From: Bdellovibrionales bacterium | GTDB taxonomy: Bacteria > Bdellovibrionota > UBA1018 > CAIMNF01 | Assembly: GCA_018266375.1 (NCBI GenBank) | Contig: JAFEAO010000005.1 | Coordinates: 66,619 to 130,618 of the forward strand | DNA length: 64,000 nucleotides | Direction of reading: 5' to 3' | Part shown: piece after piece, positions 1 to 9,070 of the stretch | Numbering within the stretch: the first letter of the stretch is position 1 | Layout of the letters: each line of letters opens with the position of its first letter | The notes under the pieces: generated by a model | The model's input: only the letters and a program-made list of their open reading frames with translations | The model's database searches: none | What the model was told of the DNA's origin: nothing | Made by a program: the position numbers and the translations under genes

Positions 1-805
1 CGTCTTCAGCGCGCTGACCCGAGAGAATGTCGAGATCAACCACTTTCCAGAACTTCATCGTCTTGCCTTCGCCTTCGATTTGAATGCGTTCGACTTTGTA
101 GAAGAAGTTCAAGATCTCGGTAACAGTTAGGCCGAGAGCCTTAAGGAGCGTAGTTGCCGGCAGCTTACGCTTACGATCGATACGAGCGTACATGAGATCT
201 TTGTGGTCGAATTCGAAATCGAGCCAAGATCCACGGTGAGGAATGATCCGCGCGCTGTACAAGATTTTGCCTGATGAGTGCGACTTACCTTGGTCGTGCG
301 TGAAGATAACGCCTGGTGAACGGTGCAACTGAGACACAATCACGCGCTCGGTGCCGTTGATGATGAATGAACCGCTCTCAGTCATGAGAGGGATCTCACC
401 CATGTAAACTTCTTGTTCTTTGATGTCGCGGATGTTGCGATTGGTTGGATTATTTTCTTCCACATCGAATACCACCAAACGAACGGTGATCTTAAGTGGG
501 GCAGCGAAAGTCATGCCGCGCTGACGACATTCTTGCACGTCGTACTTCGGACGCTCGAGAGTGTAATTTTCGAACTCGAGTGCCGCTGTCTTGTCGAAAT
601 CTTCGATTGGGAAGATCGACTTGAAAACTGCTTGTAACCCGATGTTCGCGCGCTTATCGGCAGGAACGTCGGCTTGCAAGAACTTGTCATATGATCTGCG
701 TTGAAGTTCGATGAGATTTGGAATCTCGAGCGGAGTTTTGATCTTAGAAAATTCCCGACGGACGCGTTGTCCTTCGGTAAATGGAATCGACGAAGTCGTA
801 GGCAT
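1..805 (-). CDS. rpoB: DNA-directed RNA polymerase beta subunit, N-terminal part; 3' end lies beyond the window start
   Basis: Minus-strand ATG at complement 803-805, preceded by AAGGAG. Hand translation gives [39 protein letters not shown]..., which aligns to RpoB N-termini (EKKRIRKDFGK / LDVPYLLSIQLDSF pattern) and later to the [15 protein letters not shown]...HRSPGV block. It sits downstream of rplL as in the canonical rplKAJL-rpoBC operon. The ORF track omits it because it has no stop within the window. Confidence 0.85.
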   Translation of the reverse strand, partial: MPTTSSIPFTEGQRVRREFSKIKTPLEIPNLIELQRRSYDKFLQADVPADKRANIGLQAVFKSIFPIEDFDKTAALEFENYTLERPKYDVQECRQRGMTFAAPLKITVRLVVFDVEENNPTNRNIRDIKEQEVYMGEIPLMTESGSFIINGTERVIVSQLHRSPGVIFTHDQGKSHSSGKILYSARIIPHRGSWLDFEFDHKDLMYARIDRKRKLPATTLLKALGLTVTEILNFFYKVERIQIEGEGKTMKFWKVVDLDILSGQRAED

Positions 806-1048
806 GAATTCTCCTTTAGCCACGGATTAAAAAATCTGCTTAAGGTCAATCCATCGGTCGCCAGGCTGTTACTTCGCTTGCGCACACTCGGATGTTTGGG
901 AAACAATCGCGAGGTATCGGGCTCATGACATCCTGTACATGATCACCGGCAAGCCATATTGTGTTCTGGCTAGGAACTGGAATTTGGACTTAGTTGTAAC
1001 GGAAGTTAAAATTTTACTACAAATCTGAGTAAAGCACAACAATAAGAT

Positions 1049-1083
1049 AGGCATGACACCAGGCTTCCACCGGTATCATGCCT
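1049..1083 (-). terminator. rplL-rpoB intergenic stem-loop, candidate attenuator or partial terminator
   Basis: Inverted repeat aggcatga...tcatgcct (8 bp with extra internal pairing) inside the roughly 340-nt rplL-rpoB spacer. On the minus strand it is followed by the U-rich tract AUCUUAUUGUUGUG. The position matches the known rplL-rpoB attenuator of other bacteria. Confidence 0.35.
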
Positions 1084-1147
1084 ATAAATCAGAATCGAAG
1101 AAGTGGTACTTCAGCAATTCGAATCGACGCAATGCGTCGAAACGGAA

Positions 1148-1528
1148 TTACTTGAGTTCTACTTTTGCGCCCGCTGCTTCGAGCTTCTTCTTCATTTCTT
1201 CGGCGTCTTTCTTAGCTACGCCTTCTTTAACTGCTTTTGGTGCACCTTCAACGAGGTCTTTAGCTTCTTTCAAGCCGAGACCAGTGATAGCGCGAACTTC
1301 TTTAATGACGTTGATTTTGTTATCGCCGCCAGAAGTCAACACTACGTTGAATTCAGTTTTTTCAGCTGCTGCTGCGCCGCCTGCTGCTGCGCCGCCCGCC
1401 ATCACAGCCATAGGAGCTGCAGCAGACACGCCGAATTTCTCTTCAAGCTCTTTTACGAGCTGAGACATTTCGAGCACTGACATATTTTCGATAAAACTAA
1501 CAACTTGTTCTTTTGATACTGTAGACAT
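1148..1528 (-). CDS. rplL: 50S ribosomal protein L7/L12
   Basis: 126 aa, [39 protein letters not shown]..., with an Ala-rich hinge and C-terminal ...[39 protein letters not shown]. Canonical position after rplJ. Confidence 0.95.
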   Translation of the reverse strand: MSTVSKEQVVSFIENMSVLEMSQLVKELEEKFGVSAAAPMAVMAGGAAAGGAAAAEKTEFNVVLTSGGDNKINVIKEVRAITGLGLKEAKDLVEGAPKAVKEGVAKKDAEEMKKKLEAAGAKVELK

Positions 1529-1602
1529 TCTTACTTTCCTCTTCTTTCGTTACTGATTTCTACCCGGTCGATCCTCACCAACTCAGGCAGCCCTCAATAA
1601 AA

Positions 1603-2145
1603 TTATTGTTGTCCGCCTTCGGCTTTCTTCTTTTCGATAGCCGAGAGAGCGGTGACTAGGCCGCGAGGCACCGCCGCCAAGACAGTGACAAAACTACGCG
1701 CAGGCCCGTTGAGGACTCCGAGGAGTTGTGCCAAAAGGACTTCTTTCGAGGGAAGCTCAGCCAGCGCGGTTACATCGGCTGGACGAAGAAGCTTCTTCCC
1801 AAGTAGACCTTCCTTAATTTTTAGTGCTTCGTGATCCTTTGCGAAGTTGTTGATCACCTTCGCGGCTGCAGCCGGATCTTCGTAAGCAAACGCTACGAGA
1901 GTCGGACCAACCAAGCGATCCATCACTCCGTTACCGTCTTCACCGAGCACGCCGTCTTTTGCAATCAAGCGGCCGATGTTGTTTTTCAAAACTTTTACTT
2001 CTGTGCCTTTAGCGCGAAGAGCTTTGCGGAGTTCGTCAGCTTCAAGGGCTTTCAAGCCTTTGTAGTCAGCGAAGATCGCAACTTTAGCTTTTTCGAACTT
2101 CGTTTTTAATTCTGTCGCTAATTCTGTTTTATTTGTGCGATCCAT
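1603..2145 (-). CDS. rplJ: 50S ribosomal protein L10
   Basis: 180 aa with typical L10 composition and position between rplA and rplL. Confidence 0.93.
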   Translation of the reverse strand: MDRTNKTELATELKTKFEKAKVAIFADYKGLKALEADELRKALRAKGTEVKVLKNNIGRLIAKDGVLGEDGNGVMDRLVGPTLVAFAYEDPAAAAKVINNFAKDHEALKIKEGLLGKKLLRPADVTALAELPSKEVLLAQLLGVLNGPARSFVTVLAAVPRGLVTALSAIEKKKAEGGQQ

Positions 2146-2146
2146 A

Positions 2147-2917
2147 TTATTTCCCTTCGCCTCCGCCGATTGTCGCTGTCATGTCAGCGATGTCGAGGCG
2201 AATGCCAGGACTCATTGTTGAAGCAATAGTGACGTTCTTAAGATAAGTGCCTTTGCTGGTTTGTGGCTTAGCGCGAATCACCGCGCCAGCAACTGCCAAA
2301 AAGTTTTCTTTAAGCTTTTGTGAGCCGAAAGATTTCTTACCGAATTTAACGTGAACGATACCCGCTTTTTCAGCACGGTATTCGACCTTACCTTTACGTT
2401 GCTCGTTGATCGCCTGACCCACGTTAACAGTAACGGTTCCGAGTTTCGGGTTTGGCATCAAGTCGCGAGGTCCGAGTATCTTACCGACTTTAGAGATCGC
2501 CACCATCATGTCAGGAGTCGCGATTAATTTGTCGAAATCGAGAAAACCCCCTTGAATGCGTTCAATGAGGTCTTCCGCGCCGACGACGTCGGCACCCGCC
2601 GCTTCGGCCTCTTTAGCCTTGTCGCCTTTAGCAACAACAGCGATGCGAAGTGTTTTACCCGTACCGTGAGGGAGACCGGTAGCACCACGAACTTGTTGGT
2701 CGCCTTGCTTAGTGTCGATGCCGAGAACAAATGCCGCGTCGATCGTCTCATCAAATTTCGCGTTAGCGAGTTTTATGATGAGGTCGAACGCTTCATTCAA
2801 GGTATAAGACTTGTCGCGATTTACTTGCGCGAATGAAGCAGCATACTTTTTGCCGTGCAATCTTGTGACTTGATCTTTAGGAGACGCTGCTGCGCCTTCT
2901 TTTTTCTTCTTTGCCAT
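2147..2917 (-). CDS. rplA: 50S ribosomal protein L1
   Basis: Start reassigned to the internal ATG ([12 protein letters not shown]...) at complement 2915-2917, which has an AAGGAG RBS 5 nt upstream. The ORF-track start at 2935 is a TTG with no RBS. L1 family sequence (...[33 protein letters not shown]...). Confidence 0.92.
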   Translation of the reverse strand: MAKKKKEGAAASPKDQVTRLHGKKYAASFAQVNRDKSYTLNEAFDLIIKLANAKFDETIDAAFVLGIDTKQGDQQVRGATGLPHGTGKTLRIAVVAKGDKAKEAEAAGADVVGAEDLIERIQGGFLDFDKLIATPDMMVAISKVGKILGPRDLMPNPKLGTVTVNVGQAINEQRKGKVEYRAEKAGIVHVKFGKKSFGSQKLKENFLAVAGAVIRAKPQTSKGTYLKNVTIASTMSPGIRLDIADMTATIGGGEGK

Positions 2918-2993
2918 ACATTCTCCTTGGTACAAACGCCCTGGTACTTAACCAGTAGCTCCCAAAAGTTTTAGCTACGTTCGCTTTCTCTGA

Positions 2994-3419
2994 TTACTCA
3001 GAGATCGTGAGACCGCAGCTCTTTGCTGTTCCAGAAATTGAATTCATCGCAGTTTGGACCGTTGCCGCGTTTAAGTCCGGCATCTTGATCTTTGCGATTT
3101 CTTCGATTTGCTTTTTTGTTACGGAACCGACCTTTTTCTTGTTCGGCTCGCCTGAACCCTTTTCAATTTTTGCAGCTTTCAACAATAGCACCGCTGCTGG
3201 CGGAGTTTTTGTGATGAAGGTGAAGGAACGATCGGAGTAAACAGTGATGATCACAGGAATGACCATGCCCTTCTGATCAGCGGTCTTTGCATTGAACGCT
3301 TTACAGAATTCCATAATGTTTACGCCACGTTGACCGAGAGCCGGTCCAACTGGTGGGGCGGGGTTAGCCGCGCCGCCTGCAATTTGCAGCTTAATTTGTC
3401 CAGTTACCTTTTTTGCCAT
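2994..3419 (-). CDS. rplK: 50S ribosomal protein L11
   Basis: 141 aa, [44 protein letters not shown]..., a canonical L11. Confidence 0.95.
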   Translation of the reverse strand: MAKKVTGQIKLQIAGGAANPAPPVGPALGQRGVNIMEFCKAFNAKTADQKGMVIPVIITVYSDRSFTFITKTPPAAVLLLKAAKIEKGSGEPNKKKVGSVTKKQIEEIAKIKMPDLNAATVQTAMNSISGTAKSCGLTISE

Positions 3420-3505
3420 AAGTGCCTCTTAATACCAGAATTAACCGTTTCTATCAATACTTAAATTGCCAATCAAATACTTAGCCGCAGGAAAAGCCTT
3501 GAAGC

Positions 3506-4063
3506 TTAGACCTTCTCAACCTGGATGAAATCCAGCTCTACCGGAGTAGAACGACCGAAAATACTGACGAGAACCTTTACCTTACCCTTGTCTTGGTTCA
3601 CTTCTTCAATGGTTCCGTTGAAGTTCGAGAATGGTCCGTCAACCACTTTGACGTTTTCGCCCTCTTGGAACGAAACCTTCGGACGTGGTTTAGCCTGACC
3701 TTCGACGATCCGGTTAGTCATCTTCTGAATTTCAGATTCTGGAACCGGAACAGGCTTTACTTTATCTCCAACAAAGCCCGTCACTTTTGGCGTGTTTTTA
3801 ACCACGTGCCAAGTTTCGTCAGTAAGAATCATTTTAACGAGAATGTAGCCGGGGAAGAAACGGCGCTTGGTTGTGCGCTTTTGGCCTTTAACGAGTTCGA
3901 CCACGTTTTCTTCTGGAACCACAACCTCACCGAAGTACTGCTGCATCTTGAGGGATTTAGCGCGCTCTTCAAGGCTGATCTTCACTTTGTGTTCGAAACC
4001 GGAATAAGTGTGAACCACATACCAGGCCATTTCAGTTGAAGTTTGGTTTTCTACGTTTTCCAT
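3506..4063 (-). CDS. nusG: transcription termination/antitermination factor NusG
   Basis: 185 aa with the WYVVHTYSGFEHKV N-terminal NGN motif and a C-terminal KOW region. Lies between secE and rplK as expected. Confidence 0.92.
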   Translation of the reverse strand: MENVENQTSTEMAWYVVHTYSGFEHKVKISLEERAKSLKMQQYFGEVVVPEENVVELVKGQKRTTKRRFFPGYILVKMILTDETWHVVKNTPKVTGFVGDKVKPVPVPESEIQKMTNRIVEGQAKPRPKVSFQEGENVKVVDGPFSNFNGTIEEVNQDKGKVKVLVSIFGRSTPVELDFIQVEKV

Positions 4064-4085
4064 ATCGCCTTAAATCCTTATAAAC

Positions 4086-4460
4086 CTACAAGACCATCCG
4101 CATGAGCCATGCGCAGAATGAATCAAACGCGCCAAGTACGGCTCCGACGATTATTACAAACAAGACAACCCAGATGGTTGCGTTGATGGTTTCTTTTTGT
4201 GTCGGCCAAGTCACGCGTGACATTTCCAAAACAACTTCGTTCAAAAAAGCATTCGATTGGTCATTGAGGTAAAGCCCAAAGCCCAAAGCAGCACCGAGAG
4301 CGATCGAACCGAAACGAATAATCATGTCGATCTGCTTAACGCTCGACTCGAGGTTGTAAACCGCAGCAATCTTAGACAAACCAACGAACAACACCGCAGC
4401 CACGAGAACCGCGACAGAGAGAAGGACTAGGTTTACCCATTTTTGCCTTTGATTTTCCAT
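4086..4460 (-). CDS. secE: preprotein translocase subunit SecE
   Basis: 124-aa membrane protein with multiple hydrophobic helices, immediately upstream of nusG and downstream of tRNA-Trp and tuf, the canonical context. Confidence 0.82.
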   Translation of the reverse strand: MENQRQKWVNLVLLSVAVLVAAVLFVGLSKIAAVYNLESSVKQIDMIIRFGSIALGAALGFGLYLNDQSNAFLNEVVLEMSRVTWPTQKETINATIWVVLFVIIVGAVLGAFDSFCAWLMRMVL

Positions 4461-4511
4461 CTTTCCTCTTCGAAAACACTTTTATAAAACAGACTGCACT
4501 AAAATTTTTAG

Positions 4512-4587
4512 TGGCAGGCCGGGAGGGATTCGAACCCACAACCCACGGATTTGGAATCCGTTGCTCTACCGTTGGAGCTACCGGCCT
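4512..4587 (-). tRNA. tRNA-Trp (anticodon CCA), CCA end encoded
   Basis: The reverse complement reads AGGCCGGTAGCTCCAACGGTAGAGCAACGGATTCCAAATCCGTGGGTTGTGGGTTCGAATCCCTCCCGGCCTGCCA. It forms a cloverleaf with anticodon loop TTCCAAA. Its position between tuf and secE matches E. coli. Confidence 0.9.
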
Positions 4588-4601
4588 CCAAACAAAACGA
4601 A

Positions 4602-4624
4602 GGCAGCCTCCAGAGGAGGCTGCC
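4602..4624 (-). terminator. GC-rich hairpin between tuf and tRNA-Trp, flanked by A/T runs (bidirectional)
   Basis: ggcagcctcc-aga-ggaggctgcc forms a 10-bp perfect stem. On the minus strand it is followed by UUCGUUUUGUUU and on the plus strand by CCGUUUUAAAU. Confidence 0.5.
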
Positions 4625-4636
4625 CCGTTTTAAATA

Positions 4637-5827
4637 TTACTCAATGATCTCAGATACGACGCCCGCGCCGACGGTACGGCCACCTTCGCGAATAGCGAAA
4701 CGGAGGTCTTTTTCCATCGCGATTGGAGTGATGAGCTCGACTTCCATAGAGATGTTGTCGCCTGGCATAACCATTTCGACGTTCTCTGGAAGAGTCACAA
4801 CACCGGTCACGTCAGTTGTACGGAAGTAGAACTGAGGGCGGTAGCCTTTGAAGAACGGAGTGTGGCGTCCGCCTTCTTCTTTAGTGAGAATGTACGCAGC
4901 ACCTTTGAATTTTTTGTGCGGAGTAACCGAACCTGGCTTCGCTAAAACTTGGCCGCGCTCAATTTCTTCTTTCTTCGTACCGCGGAGGAGTGCGCCGACG
5001 TTATCTCCCGCCTCACCTGAGTCGAGGAGCTTGCGGAACATTTCGATACCTGTAACGACAGTTTTAGTCGTCGGTTTGATACCGATGATTTCAATCTCGT
5101 CGTTGACTTTCAAAATGCCGCGCTCGATACGGCCTGTAACAACGGTACCGCGACCAGAGATCGAGAACACATCCTCGACCGGCATCAAGAAAGGTTTATC
5201 CAACAAACGTTGAGGCTGTGGGATATAAGAGTCAACTGCATCCATCAAGCGACCAATAGATGGTTCGCCGAGTTCTCCAGCATCACCTTCAGAGGCTTTC
5301 AGTGCTGAACCCTTAACGAATGGAATCTTATCGCCAGGGAAGCTATATTTAGAGAGAAGTTCGCGAACCTCCATCTCAACGAGGTCTACGAGTTCTTTGT
5401 CGTCAACCATGTCGCATTTGTTCAAGAACACAACGATCGCCGGAACACCCACTTGGCGAGCAAGGAGGATGTGCTCACGAGTTTGTGGCATTGGGCCGTC
5501 AGCCGCAGAAACAACGAGAATCGCGCCGTCCATTTGAGCTGCGCCGGTGATCATATTCTTAACGTAGTCGGCGTGGCCTGGGCAATCGACGTGAGCATAG
5601 TGACGTTTGTCAGTTTCATACTCAACGTGAGTGGTATTAATAGTAATACCGCGTTCTTTTTCTTCTGGCGCCTTATCGATGTTTGCATAATCGAGGGCTT
5701 TAGCTTTACCTTGTTTCGCGAGCACTTTAGTGATCGCAGAAGTCAAAGTGGTTTTACCATGGTCAACGTGACCGATGGTGCCGATGTTACAGTGCGGCTT
5801 ACTCCGGTTAAATTTTTCTTTAGACAT
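4637..5827 (-). CDS. tuf: elongation factor Tu
   Basis: Start taken at the internal ATG giving [28 protein letters not shown]... (396 aa), which has an AAGGAAGG RBS. The ORF-track 5' extension overlaps the upstream tRNA and is rejected. G1-G5 GTPase motifs are present and the C-terminus is ...[15 protein letters not shown]. Confidence 0.97.
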   Translation of the reverse strand: MSKEKFNRSKPHCNIGTIGHVDHGKTTLTSAITKVLAKQGKAKALDYANIDKAPEEKERGITINTTHVEYETDKRHYAHVDCPGHADYVKNMITGAAQMDGAILVVSAADGPMPQTREHILLARQVGVPAIVVFLNKCDMVDDKELVDLVEMEVRELLSKYSFPGDKIPFVKGSALKASEGDAGELGEPSIGRLMDAVDSYIPQPQRLLDKPFLMPVEDVFSISGRGTVVTGRIERGILKVNDEIEIIGIKPTTKTVVTGIEMFRKLLDSGEAGDNVGALLRGTKKEEIERGQVLAKPGSVTPHKKFKGAAYILTKEEGGRHTPFFKGYRPQFYFRTTDVTGVVTLPENVEMVMPGDNISMEVELITPIAMEKDLRFAIREGGRTVGAGVVSEIIE

Positions 5828-5949
5828 ACGTCCCTTCCTTCTCCTTTTAAAAAAGAATAAAAAAAAGCAATCAGGCTTTCTGGTATCAAATTGGTATACC
5901 AGTATAACCCGACCAAATTCCAGCATTTTTTTACTAACAAGCGAATAAA

Positions 5950-6024
5950 TGGAGCTGATGATGGGGATTGAACCCACGACCTCTCCCTTACCAAGGGAGT
6001 ACTCTACCGCTGAGCTACATCAGC
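5950..6024 (-). tRNA. tRNA-Thr (anticodon GGU), CCA encoded
   Basis: Reverse complement GCTGATGTAGCTCAGCGGTAGAGTACTCCCTTGGTAAGGGAGAGGTCGTGGGTTCAATCCCCATCATCAGCTCCA. It is directly upstream of tuf, like thrT-tufB in E. coli. Confidence 0.9.
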
Positions 6025-6087
6025 ATAACTTTCGATGAGACGACCTGCTGTTTGCCGGCGCATCTAGTCACTAGCCAGTTTCGGTTT

Positions 6088-6164
6088 TGGAGCAGGAGAC
6101 GGGTCTCGAACCCGCAACCCTCAGCTTGGAAGGCTGATACTCTAGCCAATTGAGCTACTCCTGC
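6088..6164 (-). tRNA. tRNA-Gly (anticodon UCC), CCA encoded
   Basis: Reverse complement GCAGGAGTAGCTCAATTGGCTAGAGTATCAGCCTTCCAAGCTGAGGGTTGCGGGTTCGAGACCCGTCTCCTGCTCCA. Anticodon stem TCAGC/GCTGA with loop CTTCCAA. Confidence 0.88.
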
Positions 6165-6195
6165 TCAAAACCAAATGGTGTTCCAAGTGATAAGA

Positions 6196-6281
6196 TGGTG
6201 GTGAGGGAAGGAATCGAACCTTCGAAGGCTTGCGCCACCAGATTTACAGTCTGGCCCGTTTGACCGCTCCGGAACCTCACC
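6196..6281 (-). tRNA. tRNA-Tyr (anticodon GUA), long variable arm, CCA encoded
   Basis: Reverse complement GGTGAGGTTCCGGAGCGGTCAAACGGGCCAGACTGTAAATCTGGTGGCGCAAGCCTTCGAAGGTTCGATTCCTTCCCTCACCACCA, 86 nt, closely resembling E. coli tRNA-Tyr. Confidence 0.9.
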
Positions 6282-6309
6282 AATGAGCTTATCTTCGAAG
6301 AAAAAACGG

Positions 6310-6385
6310 TGGAGCTGGCGACCGGATTTGAACCGATGACCTGCTGTTTACAAAACAGCTGCTCTACCAACTGAGCTAAGCCAGC
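6310..6385 (-). tRNA. tRNA-Thr (anticodon UGU), CCA encoded
   Basis: Reverse complement GCTGGCTTAGCTCAGTTGGTAGAGCAGCTGTTTTGTAAACAGCAGGTCATCGGTTCAAATCCGGTCGCCAGCTCCA. It is the first gene of the thrU-tyrU-glyT-thrT-like cluster. Confidence 0.87.
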
Positions 6386-6599
6386 ACACCCGTTTTTCTT
6401 TTACCGTTAGGTAAAAAACCTAACAGACTCAGAATAGAACTATTCTGTTCGAATTTTGGTAACGCACAAGTTTTTCCAATATTGAGCAGTTTTGTCAACG
6501 GAAATCCAGGCAAAACACTATTGATGCTAAGCATTGTGAAACAACTTCCGTTGATGGCACGCACCCTGCTCTCTCGGATCGCTCGAAAGAGAGGTTCGT

Positions 6600-7403
6600 A
6601 TGAATCGTAATTATGAAAAATGGGTACTTGTTGGGTTTTTGGTTCTGGTCGCGGGTTGCGGTGGGAATTCTCGAGGTCGGGATTCCGGATTGGCGGAAAG
6701 TAAACCGGCAGTCGCCGCTGGAACGGGCGGAGAAATTCGGGTAAATAACGAGCTCAAAAATATCCCCGCAAAAAACATCCCCGACTTCGGCGGGTACCGC
6801 GTCGTCGGAGTGATCGATCGAAACGAAATTCCCGCCGATATTCAAAATTTCGGAAGCTCGGCCATCGGCACGTTCGGAATCACCGTAAAGGTGAGCGAAT
6901 ACAAAGACACTTACGAGGGCGAAGCCACCCCCTTTACTCACGATGAGGAAATTGTCACTCCCGACATCGTTTACTTGATGCCTTTACGTACGATAGCGAC
7001 AAATCAAATGGTCGTGCTGCTCGATAAAAAGTTTGATGTCGAGCCGCTCCTGCACTCATCGACACCAAAGACAGTGGAGTCCCAGCTTCGCGATGTTTGC
7101 GTGAGCGTGCACATTCCTACGCGTACCCAGGATGACATTTACGAGCACGACGCTCCTTGTGACCTCAATGGATTCTGTTCGGTAGTACATATTCGAGGCG
7201 TGATCAATCCTCATGCAGAAATCGAAACGAAGCTTGCCATCCATGTGATGCACGACTACGGTCCTGGAACACGGGCGAATATACGGAAAATTTATACCAA
7301 GCACGAAACACTTCAAAATACTCGCACAGCCACTGAGATGCGGATTACGCTGAGCCGGAATTTGCAGGAATCGAGCGGCAAGACGTTGGTGTTTAGTTTG
7401 TAA
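6600..7403 (+). CDS. hypothetical lipoprotein
   Basis: 267 aa. The N-terminus MNRNYEKWVLVGFLVLVAGCGG is a type II signal peptide with lipobox LVAGC. GAGAGG RBS 5 nt upstream. No recognisable catalytic motif. Confidence 0.65.
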   Translation: MNRNYEKWVLVGFLVLVAGCGGNSRGRDSGLAESKPAVAAGTGGEIRVNNELKNIPAKNIPDFGGYRVVGVIDRNEIPADIQNFGSSAIGTFGITVKVSEYKDTYEGEATPFTHDEEIVTPDIVYLMPLRTIATNQMVVLLDKKFDVEPLLHSSTPKTVESQLRDVCVSVHIPTRTQDDIYEHDAPCDLNGFCSVVHIRGVINPHAEIETKLAIHVMHDYGPGTRANIRKIYTKHETLQNTRTATEMRITLSRNLQESSGKTLVFSL

Positions 7404-8226
7404 ATTGATTCCAGTACATCCCATCGCATGGTTTTGCGAAGACAGGATCTTTCATCCACTTGATAAGTTCGGCGTAGCTTGCAAATGCGTTTGCGCCGGA
7501 CTTATCAACATACTTATAATGATTGCGATTATTTCGATTTATCACGGGAACGAAGTTATCGGATACCGCATTCCAACTCAAATATGGAGCATACCCTTCG
7601 GACTTTGATCCAAAAATTAAGTCGGTGAGATCGCCTTCTTGGCCAGAACCTATCGGAAATGGAATCATAGAATGCTTAATGTGGCTCTTTTCTAAAATAT
7701 CTTTGGACTTTTCGCTAATCGACTTACCGTAAGTAACGAGCTCGACTTCAGGAGGATTTTCAAAATTCTCATCGATCCAACTTTTGACAAACTTCGCAGA
7801 AGGTCCGGCCGAATCGCCAGAATTTACGAAGTCTATAACCGATACGCGAGTGTATGACCCGCTTTTCATTTTTGTTTTGAGATACTCATCGAGAACAAAC
7901 TTCTTAAAATTCTTTTCAGCTTGTTCCATTTCGCTTTCTGCGATGTTTTTCACGCCAGAAAGCGGAATAGTAACGTAACTGTCTTGCAAACCAATCGACT
8001 CAGCGTATGCGGAGATAAGAATCGACGAACGTCCGATAAAGAGTTGTAAACACGATGGCGGTGAGCATTGCTTCAAAATTTTTTTATGAAAGTCTTTGAG
8101 TTGCGCGAAACCTTGACGAGTCATTGCGGGATATTTCAGTTTGACCTGCGCGCTCGCACAGTTATCATTGGCAACGCCGATTCCAACGGCTAGAAGAAGC
8201 GTCGAAATGAAATTTCGCCAAAACAT
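7393..8226 (-). CDS. hypothetical secreted protein (signal peptide MFWRNFISTLLLAVGIGVANDNCASA)
   Basis: 277-aa ORF whose 3' end overlaps the convergent 6600..7403 gene by 11 nt. No family recognised from sequence alone. Confidence 0.6.
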   Translation of the reverse strand: MFWRNFISTLLLAVGIGVANDNCASAQVKLKYPAMTRQGFAQLKDFHKKILKQCSPPSCLQLFIGRSSILISAYAESIGLQDSYVTIPLSGVKNIAESEMEQAEKNFKKFVLDEYLKTKMKSGSYTRVSVIDFVNSGDSAGPSAKFVKSWIDENFENPPEVELVTYGKSISEKSKDILEKSHIKHSMIPFPIGSGQEGDLTDLIFGSKSEGYAPYLSWNAVSDNFVPVINRNNRNHYKYVDKSGANAFASYAELIKWMKDPVFAKPCDGMYWNQFTN

Positions 8227-8294
8227 TCGACATTTATATACTAATTGATTAATTTAGTAAATAATTAATATCGATTAAATGATTTCAATTTAAC

Positions 8295-8963
8295 CTATCT
8301 CGAGCCGCCGCCACCGTTCGAAAATACACCAGTCCAGGCATTGTGATCGGCGGTTTTCCCACCCTGAATCAATTCAAGCGCGCGCTGGAGGGACTCTAAA
8401 CCGTACTGACCCCAAACGTAGAGTTCGGTGATTTCCTGAGGTTTCAGGTCACGCTGGAGCTTAAAAATCGTGTTCGTCGGGTTGAGCTCGGCATCTTCGG
8501 GCGAATACATGTCGCCTGACGTGGTTACCTCAAAGACCACACCGATGCGCGCGCCTCGATCATCGCCGTTATGGAAAATGTAGGTACTCGCCTCTTGAAT
8601 ACTCGAAGAAAACGAGACCCCGCCATCAACCGCTTGCCAGGTCACTTTGTCGAGAGCCATGCCCTTTTCGAGAATTTCAGCGAGAGCGTCGACGGAAAGG
8701 AACATCCCTCGATAAAGCTTCTTTGGATTTTTGATCTCAGGGTACCGTGTCTTGGCGAGATAGGGCTCAATCCGGCGAGAGTAATAGCCGCGCGTATAGT
8801 CTTCGGGCAACAGATGCGCCTTTAAGATCGCTTCACGATTCGATTCAACCGCTTCTTTAAGCTGAAGGTGATATGCTGAGTTGCAAGGATCGGGCTTTGC
8901 AGCCCAAACCGTGACTTGAAATAAAATTGCGAGAAATGCCGCAAAAACCTTCACAACGAGCAA
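8295..8963 (-). CDS. hypothetical secreted protein
   Basis: 222 aa with a TTG start and N-terminal signal peptide (LVVKVFAAFLAILFQVTVWAAKP). The C-terminus is Gly-rich (SNGGGGSR). It shows a weak Arg...S-T...acidic pattern (LYRGM / EASTYIF / PQEITE) but no canonical toxin motifs. Confidence 0.55.
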   Translation of the reverse strand: MLVVKVFAAFLAILFQVTVWAAKPDPCNSAYHLQLKEAVESNREAILKAHLLPEDYTRGYYSRRIEPYLAKTRYPEIKNPKKLYRGMFLSVDALAEILEKGMALDKVTWQAVDGGVSFSSSIQEASTYIFHNGDDRGARIGVVFEVTTSGDMYSPEDAELNPTNTIFKLQRDLKPQEITELYVWGQYGLESLQRALELIQGGKTADHNAWTGVFSNGGGGSR

Positions 8964-9000
8964 GAATATAGTAGTTGATTGAATAAATCAAGAAATCTAA

Positions 9001-9069
9001 GCGCCGTTGGAATTAAACGAGCGCCGTTGGAATTAAACGAGCGCCGTTGGAATTAAACGAGCGCCGTTG
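9001..9069. repeat. perfect 20-bp direct tandem repeat, 3.45 copies (gcgccgttggaattaaacga)
   Basis: Read directly: three perfect copies at 9001-9020, 9021-9040 and 9041-9060, plus the partial copy gcgccgttg. It lies between the meaB stop (9071) and the start of the 8295..8963 secreted-protein gene. Confidence 0.92.
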
Positions 9070-9070
9070 A

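Noticed and set aside
1053-1480. Plus-strand ORFs 1053..1463 and 1103..1480, Ala/Ser/Phe-rich and antisense to rplL
   Set aside because: They are mirror-frame artefacts of the GC-rich Ala-hinge region of rplL (gctgctgctgcgccgcc repeated). They have no RBS and no homology expectation, and rplL on the opposite strand is unambiguous.
4637-5977. 446-aa ORF-track version of tuf extending 150 nt upstream
   Set aside because: The extension ([21 protein letters not shown]...) overlaps the tRNA-Thr(GGU) gene and lacks an RBS. The internal ATG giving [16 protein letters not shown] has an AAGGAAGG RBS and matches the EF-Tu N-terminus.
6406-6424. Short inverted repeat gttaggt-aaaaa-acctaac just upstream of the tRNA cluster
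   Set aside because: It has only a 7-bp stem with an A5 loop in an AT-rich promoter region. It is too weak to call a regulatory element without expression data.
6495-6941. 148-aa minus-strand ORF antisense to the 6600..7403 lipoprotein gene
   Set aside because: It overlaps the plus-strand gene that has a clear lipobox signal peptide and RBS. The antisense product has no features and is probably not coding.
9001-9069. Possible CRISPR array
   Set aside because: The repeats are contiguous with no spacers, only 20 bp long and 3.45 copies. This is a simple tandem repeat, not a CRISPR array, and no cas genes are present in the window.
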